64,000 nt of DNA from OCS155 cluster bacterium AG-426-D23 (lineage in GTDB: Bacteria > Actinomycetota > Acidimicrobiia > Actinomarinales > Actinomarinaceae), in contig QCNO01000001.1 in NCBI GenBank assembly GCA_003213165.1, positions 133,403 to 197,402 of the forward strand. Direction: 5' to 3'. Under the pieces are notes generated by a model. It was not told the DNA's origin, did not search any database, and saw only the letters and a list, made by a program, of their open reading frames with translations. Every line of letters begins with the position of its first letter. The first letter of the stretch is position 1. Below are positions 1 through 8,779 of this stretch, piece by piece. A program made the position numbers and the translations under genes.

Positions 1-169
1 CTATTATCATTGCACTTGAAGTTGCAAATCCAAGTTGTTGGTCAGTCCATCCTTTTTCACTAACTAGCCAAACTGAAAAATACAATCCCGGAATTACAAA
101 GGCATAAACTGTGTTTGCAAGATCAAAAAGTAGCCAAGAAATAAGACTTTTTGGTTTAACTTTATCCAT
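1..169 (-). CDS. MFS transporter (UMF1-like), N-terminal fragment truncated by the window edge
   Basis: The reverse complement of 1-169 translates as MDKVKPKSLISWLLFDLANTVYAFVIPGLYFSVWLVSEKGW... This closely resembles the N-terminus of the MFS ORF at 2257-3555 (WSMYDWAKSAYETTILGAVLPVYF). The ATG is at 169-167. The ORF runs off the window. Confidence 0.5.
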   Translation of the reverse strand, partial: MDKVKPKSLISWLLFDLANTVYAFVIPGLYFSVWLVSEKGWTDQQLGFATSSAMII

Positions 170-1391
170 TTAGATCTTCAACTGCCTTATTGAGACGTTC
201 AAGACCCTCACTTAATTCATCATCACCTAGAGCATAGGATAATCTCATGTAACCGGGAACACCAAAAACTTCTCCTGGTACAAATGCAATAAAATATTTA
301 TCGAGAAGCCAATTACAAAAATCTATTGATGATTTGATACCTTTGTAATTACCATTACAATATTCACTTACATCAACAAACAAATAGAATGCACCAGTCG
401 GGTTACCAACAGATATATTATTGATCTGATTTATTTTTTCAATAGCATATAGCCTTCTTCTGTTAAATGATATTTTCATTTCTTTAGTTTTATCAAGGCC
501 ATTTTTTAATGCAGTTTCTGCAGCAATTTGCGATATATTTGAAACATTAGATGATATTTGAGATTGTATTTTTTTTGCTAATCCTATGACATTTGAGTTA
601 GCAACTAACCACCCAACTCGCCATCCAGTCATAGCATATGCTTTTGAAACTCCATTTATAATTATCGTATTTTTTAACTCTTTATCATATTGTCCTGGAG
701 AAGGTGATGTCTCACCTTCATATACCAAGTGTTCATAAAGTTCATCAGATAAAATCCAAATATTATTTTTAAAAACCCAATTGTATATTTTTTCTGATTC
801 TTCTTTTGAATAGACAACACCAGTAGGGTTCGATGGAGAACACCATATTAATAATTTTGTTTTTGAGCTTTTTGCTTTCTCTAAGTCAGAAACAGAAATT
901 TTAAAATTATCTTTTTTATTAGGTTCAATAAAAACGGGTTCACCACCAGCAAGTTTTACCGCTTCAGGATATGTTGTCCAGTATGGTGCGGGAATTATTA
1001 CTTCATCACCTTGATCAAGAACTGACATTAGTGCTGTGACAATAGCTTGCTTACCACCATTGGATACAACAACATTATCTTCAGTTACTCCAACACCTGA
1101 ATATTTCAATGTTGTTCTTGATATTTCTTTCCTTAAAGATTCAAGTCCTGCAACAGGAGAGTATTTGTGGTTTTTTGGATCTTCTGCTGCAATCTTTACT
1201 TCATTAATTACATAGTCTGGTGATGCGAAGTCAGGCTCACCAGCTCCAAAACCTATAACCGGTTTACCTTCTTTTTTTAAATCCCGGGCCTTATTAGAAA
1301 TAGCCATAGTTCCAGAGGGATTAATTTTTTTATCTAATTTTGATATATCCATTACTAAATCTTTCAGAATTATTTTAATAAAGTTATTCAT
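162..1391 (-). CDS. class I/II aminotransferase, aspartate aminotransferase-like
   Basis: 409 aa. Motifs GFGAGEPDF, SNPTG and KAYAMTGWRVGW (PLP lysine region) are typical of the AspAT family. The true start may be the internal M at about 1352 (MDISKLDKK...). No clear SD at either start. Confidence 0.8.
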   Translation of the reverse strand: MNNFIKIILKDLVMDISKLDKKINPSGTMAISNKARDLKKEGKPVIGFGAGEPDFASPDYVINEVKIAAEDPKNHKYSPVAGLESLRKEISRTTLKYSGVGVTEDNVVVSNGGKQAIVTALMSVLDQGDEVIIPAPYWTTYPEAVKLAGGEPVFIEPNKKDNFKISVSDLEKAKSSKTKLLIWCSPSNPTGVVYSKEESEKIYNWVFKNNIWILSDELYEHLVYEGETSPSPGQYDKELKNTIIINGVSKAYAMTGWRVGWLVANSNVIGLAKKIQSQISSNVSNISQIAAETALKNGLDKTKEMKISFNRRRLYAIEKINQINNISVGNPTGAFYLFVDVSEYCNGNYKGIKSSIDFCNWLLDKYFIAFVPGEVFGVPGYMRLSYALGDDELSEGLERLNKAVEDLNG

Positions 1392-1424
1392 TAAATACGT
1401 TTCATAAATATTAAACTGTTAAAA

Positions 1425-2264
1425 ATGGAACAATTACTTTACGGCGATCCTGTAGCAAGACAGCTTGACGAAATAAGTTTTAAAGCATTTCAGGATGCTA
1501 AATCAAACAATAAAACTCCTCATTTGACTGCAATTACTGTTGGTGATAATTCGGCATCGTTACTTTATGTATCCAGAAAAAAAGAAAAAGCTGAACAATT
1601 AGGAGTTGAATTTAATTGGCTTAAACTTGATGAAAATACTACTCAAGAAAATTTAAATGAGCTTATTCAGGAGCAATCAAAAACTACAGATGGTCTAATA
1701 GTTCAGTTGCCATTACCAAATCATTTAAATTCTGAAGATGTTATAAACTGTATTCCCCCAGATGTAGATGTCGATGGCCTAACTTCTTATAATCTAGGAA
1801 GTTTGTTTTCAAATGAATATAAATTAATACCTGCAACATCATTAGCTGTACTTGAATTATTAAATTTTTACCAAATCAAGACAGAAGACAAAGCTATTGT
1901 TATTGCTGGTCGTTCTAGATTAGTGAGTTCGCCTTTAGCTAAGATTCTATCATCAAAGAGTTACAACGCTAATGTAACAGTGATTCACAGTAAGACATCC
2001 AATCAAAAACAATTTATAACACAAGCTGATATTTTTATATCAGCAGTAGGTTCAGCAAAGCTTTATGATTTTTCTTATTTTAAAAAAGGTGCAACCATTA
2101 TTGATATCGGAATTTCATCAGTTGATGGAAAAAACTATGGTGATATTGATACTCAAAATTTAAGTGAAGTAGTGAGCTACCGATCTCCATTTCCTGGTGG
2201 AGTAGGACCAATAACTGTGTCAGCTCTATTTTTTAATTTGTCTAGGCTGGTAAAAACTAGCTAG
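1425..2264 (+). CDS. folD: bifunctional methylenetetrahydrofolate dehydrogenase / methenyl-THF cyclohydrolase
   Basis: 279 aa, the usual FolD length and layout. Matches include LTAITVGDNSAS..YV, IAGRSRLVSSPLA and the C-terminal PFPGGVGPITVSALF. Confidence 0.85.
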   Translation: MEQLLYGDPVARQLDEISFKAFQDAKSNNKTPHLTAITVGDNSASLLYVSRKKEKAEQLGVEFNWLKLDENTTQENLNELIQEQSKTTDGLIVQLPLPNHLNSEDVINCIPPDVDVDGLTSYNLGSLFSNEYKLIPATSLAVLELLNFYQIKTEDKAIVIAGRSRLVSSPLAKILSSKSYNANVTVIHSKTSNQKQFITQADIFISAVGSAKLYDFSYFKKGATIIDIGISSVDGKNYGDIDTQNLSEVVSYRSPFPGGVGPITVSALFFNLSRLVKTS

Positions 2265-3555
2265 CATTCCACTCTTCTTCGCTAATTCTTTTATCCATAT
2301 CTACATTTCTCAATAACAGATATCCAATAAGAAAGAAAGAAGTTATAACTGGTAACGATAATCTTGGATTTCCAGTTGATGCACTGACATATGCATAAAT
2401 GAGTGGACCCCATATCGCTGAAAACCTTGATAGTACTGAAAAGAAACCCATAAATTCACCTTCAGCACCTTTGGGTAACATAGCCGCATAAACACTCCTA
2501 CTTACAGATTGTAAACCTCCCATACCCATTGCTGTCACTATTCCCATTACGATAACTGGTATTAATTGTTTTTCAGGTACGAAATATGCGGCATTGCCCA
2601 CAAGAAATAGAAGAAACATGGTGTAATAGAGAACATTTTTTTGCCCAATTTTTGTGGCTAAATTACCAGCTAATTTTGCTCCAAAATAAGCAACAAACTG
2701 AACAACTAAAAACACTATGAGTACTTGAGTTTGATCTAACAATAATACTTCTGTAAAAAATGCAGCTGACATATTTATTAAAGTCTGTAAACCATCCCAG
2801 AAAAAAATATATGAGATTAAGAAATAAAGTAAAAATGGAAATTTTCTTATCTTTTTTAGAGTTGTGAAATTTCTACTATACGCATTTGCAATAGAAACTT
2901 TACCTGATTTTGTTTCTACAATATTCATCCTTGAAAAACTGAACACAGAAAATATTAACCACCATAATCCAGATTTTGAGATCGCAATTTTGGAAGCAAG
3001 ACCAGTATCAATTCCCAACATATCTGGTCCCAGGAGAATTATTACAAAAGATAGAATTAAATCTGTCCCACCTCCTAAGTAACCAAGGGCGTAACCTCTC
3101 GCAGAAACTGAATCAATTGTGTCATCAGTTGTTATATCTTTTAATACACTGTCATAAAAAACATTAGATCCAGTTGCACCTAATTGTGCTAAGAAATAAA
3201 TTCCAAGAGTGAAAAGTACATCACCAGAATTTGCAAAATAAAAAGTCGAAGCAAATATTGCACCTCCAAATGCAAAAACTTTAAAGAACCGCATTCTATT
3301 TCCAGACATATCTGCGATTGCTCCTATTGTTGGCATTATTAAAAAGAAAATAAATAAGGCTGAACCAATAGCAAATCCCCAAACTTCTGCACCTGTATAT
3401 ACATTTCCTCTGAATTCAAAACCTTCTTCAGGAACAATTACACTGACAAAATAAACAGGTAATACAGCACCTAAAATAGTTGTTTCATATGCAGATTTTG
3501 CCCAATCGTACATCGACCAGCCAAATATTGTTCTTTTATTATTCTTTTCGTTCAT
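2257..3555 (-). CDS. MFS transporter, UMF1 family
   Basis: 432 aa and hydrophobic throughout, with about 12 predicted TM segments. The N-terminus WSMYDWAKSAYETTILGAVLPVYF is characteristic of UMF1/MFS_1-like proteins. Its 3' end overlaps folD by 8 nt (convergent). Confidence 0.7.
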   Translation of the reverse strand: MNEKNNKRTIFGWSMYDWAKSAYETTILGAVLPVYFVSVIVPEEGFEFRGNVYTGAEVWGFAIGSALFIFFLIMPTIGAIADMSGNRMRFFKVFAFGGAIFASTFYFANSGDVLFTLGIYFLAQLGATGSNVFYDSVLKDITTDDTIDSVSARGYALGYLGGGTDLILSFVIILLGPDMLGIDTGLASKIAISKSGLWWLIFSVFSFSRMNIVETKSGKVSIANAYSRNFTTLKKIRKFPFLLYFLISYIFFWDGLQTLINMSAAFFTEVLLLDQTQVLIVFLVVQFVAYFGAKLAGNLATKIGQKNVLYYTMFLLFLVGNAAYFVPEKQLIPVIVMGIVTAMGMGGLQSVSRSVYAAMLPKGAEGEFMGFFSVLSRFSAIWGPLIYAYVSASTGNPRLSLPVITSFFLIGYLLLRNVDMDKRISEEEWNAS

Positions 3556-3671
3556 AATCCCCCTTAATAATGACTTTAATCAAAATATTGATGAGATGAA
3601 GAAAAGAAAGTTATTTTTAATTAAAGTTACCGCTATATTTATAAATGTTTTTAATTTTAAAGGTAATACAA

Positions 3672-4763
3672 ATGGGTTTTAAATGTGGAATTGTAGGATT
3701 GCCAAATGTTGGAAAATCTACATTATTTAACGCCTTAACTCAGGCTGGCATAGAGTCTGAAAATTATCCATTTTGTACTATAGAACCAAATATAGGTGTA
3801 GTTACTGTTAATGACACGAGACTAGATGATCTATCAAAAATTGTAAATCCTAAAAAAACTATACCTGCTGTTATTGAATTTGTAGATATTGCTGGCTTAG
3901 TTGAAGGAGCTTCAACCGGAGAGGGTTTGGGAAATCAGTTTTTATCAAATATCAGAGAAACAGATGCGATTATACATGTTGTACGAGCATTCGAAAATGA
4001 TGATATTGTTCATGTTTCTGGAAAAGTATCACCAATAGATGATATTGAAATTATAAACACTGAACTAATACTATCTGATTTGAGCATTGTCGAAAAGTTA
4101 TATCAAAAAGCTCAAAAAAATACTAAATCAGGACAAAAAGAAGGTATGCCGATGAAAGAATTGGTTGAAAAAATTTTGACTGCACTTAAAGAGGGGACAA
4201 GTTTAAGAAAGCTAACTTATGGTAAAGAAGAATTAGTCTTGTTAAAAAATTTCCAACTTTTAACATTAAAGCCCGTACTTTACGTGGCTAACGTGAATGA
4301 GAGTGGGTTTGAAAATAATCCACACATGGATTTAATTTTAGAGTACGCCAAAGAAGATCATTCTAAAGTTGTTCCAATATGTGCAGAAATTGAAGCAGAA
4401 ATCTGTGAACTAAGTAATGATGAAAAGAAAGAATTTTTGTTAGAAATGGGACAGAGTGAGTCAGGATTAGACAGGTTAATCAAGGCTGGCTATGACTTAC
4501 TTGGACTTCATACCTATTTCACGGCTGGAGAAAAAGAAGTAAAAGCATGGACAATAACTGTCGGAGATTCTGCCCCGGTAGCTGCTGGTAAAATCCATAC
4601 TGACTTCGAAAAGGGTTTTATACGTGCTGAAACTATTTCATTTCAAGACTATATAACCTATAAAGGTGAAAAAGGTGCTAAAGATGCCGGTAAATTACGT
4701 ACTGAAGGAAAAGATTATGTAGTTAAAGATGGCGATATTATGCATTTCTTACACAACACATAA
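3672..4763 (+). CDS. ychF: ribosome-binding ATPase YchF (Obg-family GTPase)
   Basis: It has the [24 protein letters not shown]-loop, [15 protein letters not shown] and a C-terminal TGS domain. The ORF tool extends the start to 3645; the start was chosen at the conserved MGFKCGIVG. Confidence 0.9.
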   Translation: MGFKCGIVGLPNVGKSTLFNALTQAGIESENYPFCTIEPNIGVVTVNDTRLDDLSKIVNPKKTIPAVIEFVDIAGLVEGASTGEGLGNQFLSNIRETDAIIHVVRAFENDDIVHVSGKVSPIDDIEIINTELILSDLSIVEKLYQKAQKNTKSGQKEGMPMKELVEKILTALKEGTSLRKLTYGKEELVLLKNFQLLTLKPVLYVANVNESGFENNPHMDLILEYAKEDHSKVVPICAEIEAEICELSNDEKKEFLLEMGQSESGLDRLIKAGYDLLGLHTYFTAGEKEVKAWTITVGDSAPVAAGKIHTDFEKGFIRAETISFQDYITYKGEKGAKDAGKLRTEGKDYVVKDGDIMHFLHNT

Positions 4764-4863
4764 AATAGCATAACTGTTTCTTTGGTAGTTACTATAAATT
4801 TAACCCAAATAAGATTTTCAAAGTTGTTCTTTAACTAAAATGTATATGTAGCATAATAAGCAC

Positions 4864-6267
4864 GTGAAAGTAATAATTGTAGGAGCACACGGAGAAGCAA
4901 AAGAGCTAATCAACAGGGTTAGTTCTGGATGGTCTATTTCTGTCATAGATTTAGATCAAGAAAAACTAAGAAATTTCACCACAAATAGACAAATAGATAA
5001 AATACAAGGCGATGCTACATCTTCCTTGGTACTTAAAAAAGCAGGACTTGACGAAGCTACTGCAATAGTGACATTAACGCTCAGCGATGAAGTAAATTTA
5101 GAGATTTTAAATATTGCGAAACAAAACAATATACTAAGACTTTCCTCAATTATTAATGAGTCATCTAATGCAGGTAAATTTAAGGAATTAGATGTTGAGT
5201 TAGTCGAACCAGATATATTGCTTGCGAGAAGATTTGAGCATATTCTTGAACCTAGAAGAGTAGTCTCCCAAGCTTTTGCCGGTGGGAGAGCGGAAGCTCT
5301 AGAAATCGAAATAAGTTCTGACAGTCCAGTAAGAGGAAAAAAACTTCGAGAAATTGGTTCTGACTACTATATTGTTGGTGCTCTTTTAAGAAAAGGTAAA
5401 GTAATTATTCCGCATGGCGACACTGAAATTGAAACAGGTGACCTAGTTACAGTAGTTTTACAATCTGGAGCATTCTCTAATGTTATAAATCTTTTTTCAG
5501 GTTCAGAATCTCGTTTTCCTCTTGAATTTGGAAAAGATATTGTTGTAGTGCTCGATGACGAAAAGAACTTAAAAAATTTATCAGAATCTGAATTTTTTAT
5601 AAGGAATACCAAGGCAACTTCACTTAAGGTACTCACAAAGCAAGATTTATTCGATAATAATTTAGAAACTACCGAAGAAACTTTGAAAGCAGTACTTAAA
5701 GATCAAGAATTTGATATTACTTACAAAAATAAAATTACAGTTAAGGATTTAGAAAATTTTATGAAAGAAAATTCAATAGGAACAATTTTTTATCCTGTTA
5801 TGGACGGTACTGCAAAATCAAAAATAAAGTCGCTTATAAGTATTGCTAATAAAACTAAAGTGCCTATTCTATTTTCAAGAACTACCTATCCATACAAGAC
5901 TATTGGATTATTGATTAATGACAATTTTGACGAAAATAGCTCAAACTCAATTGCATTCGATTTGTCTTCAACAATGTCGGCTAAATTAGTTGGGGTAATT
6001 ATAAATCAGCCAAAGTTTTTGCAATCAGAAGGTGAAAATAAAGTCTCAAATACCGTTCAAAAGTTGCAAGATCTTGCTCTTTCAAATGAAGTTCAACTTG
6101 ATTTTGTAAATTTTGAAGGAAATGAAGCAAAAATATTTTCAGAGCAAACTTCAGAGTATGATTTAGCAATAATCGGTTCAAATTCTTCACAGTCTTGGCA
6201 AGATAGAAAAATTATTGAATTCGTATCTACAAACTCAAATTCATCTGTTCTTTATGTACCTAGGTAA
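4864..6267 (+). CDS. TrkA-N / TrkA-C domain protein with C-terminal universal-stress-protein-like domain (K+/cation transport regulator)
   Basis: It has a GTG start. The N-terminus MKVIIVGAHGEAKELI is a Rossmann KTN-like fold. The middle section EIEISSDSPVRGKKLREIG...GDLVTVV is TrkA-C-like. The C-terminal roughly 230 aa ending DLAIIGSNSS...SVLYVPR resembles a USP domain. It lies immediately upstream of a CPA2 antiporter. Confidence 0.6.
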   Translation: MKVIIVGAHGEAKELINRVSSGWSISVIDLDQEKLRNFTTNRQIDKIQGDATSSLVLKKAGLDEATAIVTLTLSDEVNLEILNIAKQNNILRLSSIINESSNAGKFKELDVELVEPDILLARRFEHILEPRRVVSQAFAGGRAEALEIEISSDSPVRGKKLREIGSDYYIVGALLRKGKVIIPHGDTEIETGDLVTVVLQSGAFSNVINLFSGSESRFPLEFGKDIVVVLDDEKNLKNLSESEFFIRNTKATSLKVLTKQDLFDNNLETTEETLKAVLKDQEFDITYKNKITVKDLENFMKENSIGTIFYPVMDGTAKSKIKSLISIANKTKVPILFSRTTYPYKTIGLLINDNFDENSSNSIAFDLSSTMSAKLVGVIINQPKFLQSEGENKVSNTVQKLQDLALSNEVQLDFVNFEGNEAKIFSEQTSEYDLAIIGSNSSQSWQDRKIIEFVSTNSNSSVLYVPR

Positions 6268-6269
6268 AT

Positions 6270-7418
6270 ATGGAAGAATTTCAGGCTGAATCTCTAGTAA
6301 TAATATCTTTAGGAGCATTTATCTTGCCGCTTCTTGCCCAAAGAATAAAAATACCAGGGATAGTTCTTGAAATTGCATATGGAATAACAGTTGGTCCAAT
6401 ATTAGGAATTGTTGAAACTTCTGAATTCATATCTGGTTTAGCAATTTTGGGATTTCTTTTGTTAATGTTTTTGTCTGGATTTGAAATTGAACTCGATACA
6501 TTTCGTGAGAAAGGAGTAAGGACTCTTGCACTGCCAATGTCAATATATTTGTTAACTGTAGCTACATCTTTCTATCTTATTTCTAATCTTGGATATCCTA
6601 TATTTCTTGCGCTTGTTTTATGTACAACGAGTGTTGATATTGTAATCACAATATTACGAAGTGACGACACAATCAAAACGGCGTATGGACAAACTTTATT
6701 TATGGTTGCTTTACTAGCTGATATACTTACTCTCTTAGCAGCCACAGTTTATGCATCATTTATAAGAGCTGGAGGACTTTCAATTTCTAATTTGAATGTA
6801 ATACTATATTTTGTAGTTGTTATTTTAATTCTCAGAATTATTAGAAGAGTTGCCTGGTGGAATCCTCAACTATTTTCAAGAATGTTTGACGGCAACGATC
6901 CTGATGAACTTGGGATTAGAAGTTCTCTTGCTCTTATGTTAACTTTAGTTGGTGTGTCAGTCATTTTTGATATTGAACCTATCCTGGGAGCCTTTCTTGC
7001 TGGAACAATATTTGTGTTTATTTTCTCTAACCGTGGAACTTTAGAAAGTAGTTTAAAAGGTTTTTCTTATGGATTTCTCATACCAATATTTTTCATTAAC
7101 ATTGGTCTCAATTACGATATAAGTGTATTTTCAAATACACAATTTTTTGTAGATGTGGGATATCTGTTTTTAATTGCCGTAGGTGTTAAATTTTTACCTT
7201 CAATATTATTAATATTCTCAAAAATTAAATTCAGAGATATTATCGCAGGAGGTTTTTTACTTTCAGCCAGATTCAGTTTAATTATTGCAATGGCAGAAAT
7301 TGGTGTTCATTTAGATTTAATATCTGTCGAGTTAGAGCAGCAAATTATTTTATTAGCTGTAATCACAGCAACTTTCTCTCCCATACTTTTCAGAATTTTC
7401 AGAAGCAAAGCTAATTAA
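6270..7418 (+). CDS. cation:proton antiporter (CPA2 / Kef-type) membrane subunit
   Basis: 382 aa polytopic membrane protein. The N-terminus LVIISLGAFILPLLAQRIKIPGIVLEIAYGITVGP is typical of Na+/H+ or K+/H+ exchanger families. It starts 3 nt after the TrkA-like gene. Confidence 0.75.
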   Translation: MEEFQAESLVIISLGAFILPLLAQRIKIPGIVLEIAYGITVGPILGIVETSEFISGLAILGFLLLMFLSGFEIELDTFREKGVRTLALPMSIYLLTVATSFYLISNLGYPIFLALVLCTTSVDIVITILRSDDTIKTAYGQTLFMVALLADILTLLAATVYASFIRAGGLSISNLNVILYFVVVILILRIIRRVAWWNPQLFSRMFDGNDPDELGIRSSLALMLTLVGVSVIFDIEPILGAFLAGTIFVFIFSNRGTLESSLKGFSYGFLIPIFFINIGLNYDISVFSNTQFFVDVGYLFLIAVGVKFLPSILLIFSKIKFRDIIAGGFLLSARFSLIIAMAEIGVHLDLISVELEQQIILLAVITATFSPILFRIFRSKAN

Positions 7419-8320
7419 TGAATTCTAGAATTTCTTTATTTTTTAAGGGAATGCTTATGGGTGTTGCTGAAATTATACCAGGTGTTTCAGGTGGAACATT
7501 AGCCTTTATAACTGGAATTTATAATGAACTTATCAACTCTATAAAATCAATTAATTTTGAATCAATAAGTTTTTTAGCAAAATTAGAGCTCAGGAAGTTT
7601 TGGAAACACATAAACGGGAATTTTCTATTGACGTTAGTGCTTGGAATGATTATTTCAATAGTATTATTTTCAAGAATAATTTCATTTCTTTTAACTAATT
7701 ATAATTTTCATATTTGGGGCTTCTTTTTTGGTCTTATTATTTCATCAGCAATAATAATTTCAAGAAATATAAATGATTTAAGGGTAAAAAATTATGTGTT
7801 TTTAATTTTTGGACTTTTTGTATCAGGTTCTATTTCACTTTTATCACCTTCATCGAGTCCAAATTCAAGTTTTTTTATTTTTCTTTCTGGTGCCATTGCA
7901 ATATCTGCAATGATTCTTCCAGGAATTAGTGGTTCGTTTATATTAATTTTCTTGTCAAAATATGAATTTATCTTAAACTCTCTAAATAATTTCGATATAA
8001 ATGTTTTAAGTGTCTTTATTATGGGTTGTATTTTTGGACTTCTAACATTTAGTAGACTTCTTTCTTATTTATTTAATAGATTTAATGATGTAGTTATCAG
8101 TGTCCTCGTTGGATTTCTGTTAGGGTCACTCTTTAAAATATGGCCATTTATTGAAGTTGTAGAGTATACATCTACAAATGAACCACTTTATACACGTCCT
8201 ATTTTTCCATCAACTAATTTATCAACAGAAATTTTAATTTTCACAATCTTTTCAATTGTTGGATTTTTGATGATGTGGATTTTAGAAAAGAAAATTATAG
8301 GAATTAGTAATTCTAATTAA
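7418..8320 (+). CDS. DUF368 family membrane protein
   Basis: The duplicated motifs AEIIPGVSGGTLAFITGIY and ILPGISGSFILIFL are hallmarks of DUF368. The start may be the internal MLMGV at about 7454. Confidence 0.65.
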   Translation: MNSRISLFFKGMLMGVAEIIPGVSGGTLAFITGIYNELINSIKSINFESISFLAKLELRKFWKHINGNFLLTLVLGMIISIVLFSRIISFLLTNYNFHIWGFFFGLIISSAIIISRNINDLRVKNYVFLIFGLFVSGSISLLSPSSSPNSSFFIFLSGAIAISAMILPGISGSFILIFLSKYEFILNSLNNFDINVLSVFIMGCIFGLLTFSRLLSYLFNRFNDVVISVLVGFLLGSLFKIWPFIEVVEYTSTNEPLYTRPIFPSTNLSTEILIFTIFSIVGFLMMWILEKKIIGISNSN

Positions 8321-8337
8321 ACTAGTAAAATAAAAGT

Positions 8338-8475
8338 ATGAGATTAGGATTACCAGAATTATTAATTATTTTGTCGATATTACTTTTATTGTTTGGTGCA
8401 AAAAGACTTCCAGGACTTGCAAAATCATTGGGTAAATCAACAAAAGAATTTAAATCTGCGCTTGAAGAAGAATAA
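8338..8475 (+). CDS. tatA: twin-arginine translocase subunit TatA/E
   Basis: 45 aa, MRLGLPELLIILSILLLLFGAKRLPGLAKSLGKSTKEFKSALEEE. This is a classic TatA: one TM helix followed by FGxxRLP and an amphipathic helix. It is absent from the supplied ORF track because it is under 60 aa. Confidence 0.85.
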   Translation: MRLGLPELLIILSILLLLFGAKRLPGLAKSLGKSTKEFKSALEEE

Positions 8476-8494
8476 AATAAAACCATTCATTTTT

Positions 8495-8779
8495 ATGTTA
8501 TTTTCGCTTGCATTTTTCGCATGCGGTAGCGAAACTGTCTCTGAATCAGGTGAGCTTCTTACAGGAGAAGAGATATATACAGCAAGGTGTTCAGCATGTC
8601 ATGGTCCTAATTTGGAGGGGAGAGTAGGCCCAGCATTACATAAAGAGAGCTCTGCAGCAAAAATGCCTGACTCATACTGGATTCAAACAATCACTATGGG
8701 CAAAGGCTCAATGCCTGCCGTACGATTAAATGATAATGAGGTGCAATTAGTAATTGATTATATAAAATCTAAGTACTAA
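8495..8779 (+). CDS. monoheme c-type cytochrome, probable lipoprotein
   Basis: The start was chosen at MLFSLAFFACGS (signal peptide with lipobox-like FFAC). It has a single CSACH heme-binding motif and a distal Met (GKGSMPA). The ORF tool's upstream extension lies in a different frame from tatA. Confidence 0.65.
   Translation: MLFSLAFFACGSETVSESGELLTGEEIYTARCSACHGPNLEGRVGPALHKESSAAKMPDSYWIQTITMGKGSMPAVRLNDNEVQLVIDYIKSKY

Noticed and set aside
2864-3167. Plus-strand ORFs of 72 and 63 aa inside the MFS transporter gene
   Set aside because: They lie entirely antisense to a long, well-supported membrane-protein ORF and have no motifs or SD. The same applies to the other short antisense ORFs in the track (5367-5636, 5999-6190, 9293-9508, 10386-10631, 11235-11507, 14047-14232, 14930-15115, 16262-16474, 17025-17213, 18557-18754, 19099-19323, 19440-19622, 22389-22601, 27060-27398, 30104-30292, 32407-32703, 35437-35643, 35589-35795, 38335-38517, 41068-41256, 42633-42830, 43102-43347, 47524-47715, 48965-49183, 50032-50232, 53337-53528, 53901-54143, 54285-54575, 54874-55137, 55808-56026, 56206-56514, 56611-56799, 58672-59049, 60399-60665, 62119-62703, 63148-63534).
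4764-4863. Possible c-di-AMP (ydaO-type) riboswitch upstream of the TrkA-like / cation transporter genes
   Set aside because: The 100-nt spacer is almost pure A/T. It has none of the G-rich conserved stems expected for that riboswitch class, and no structured element was recognisable.
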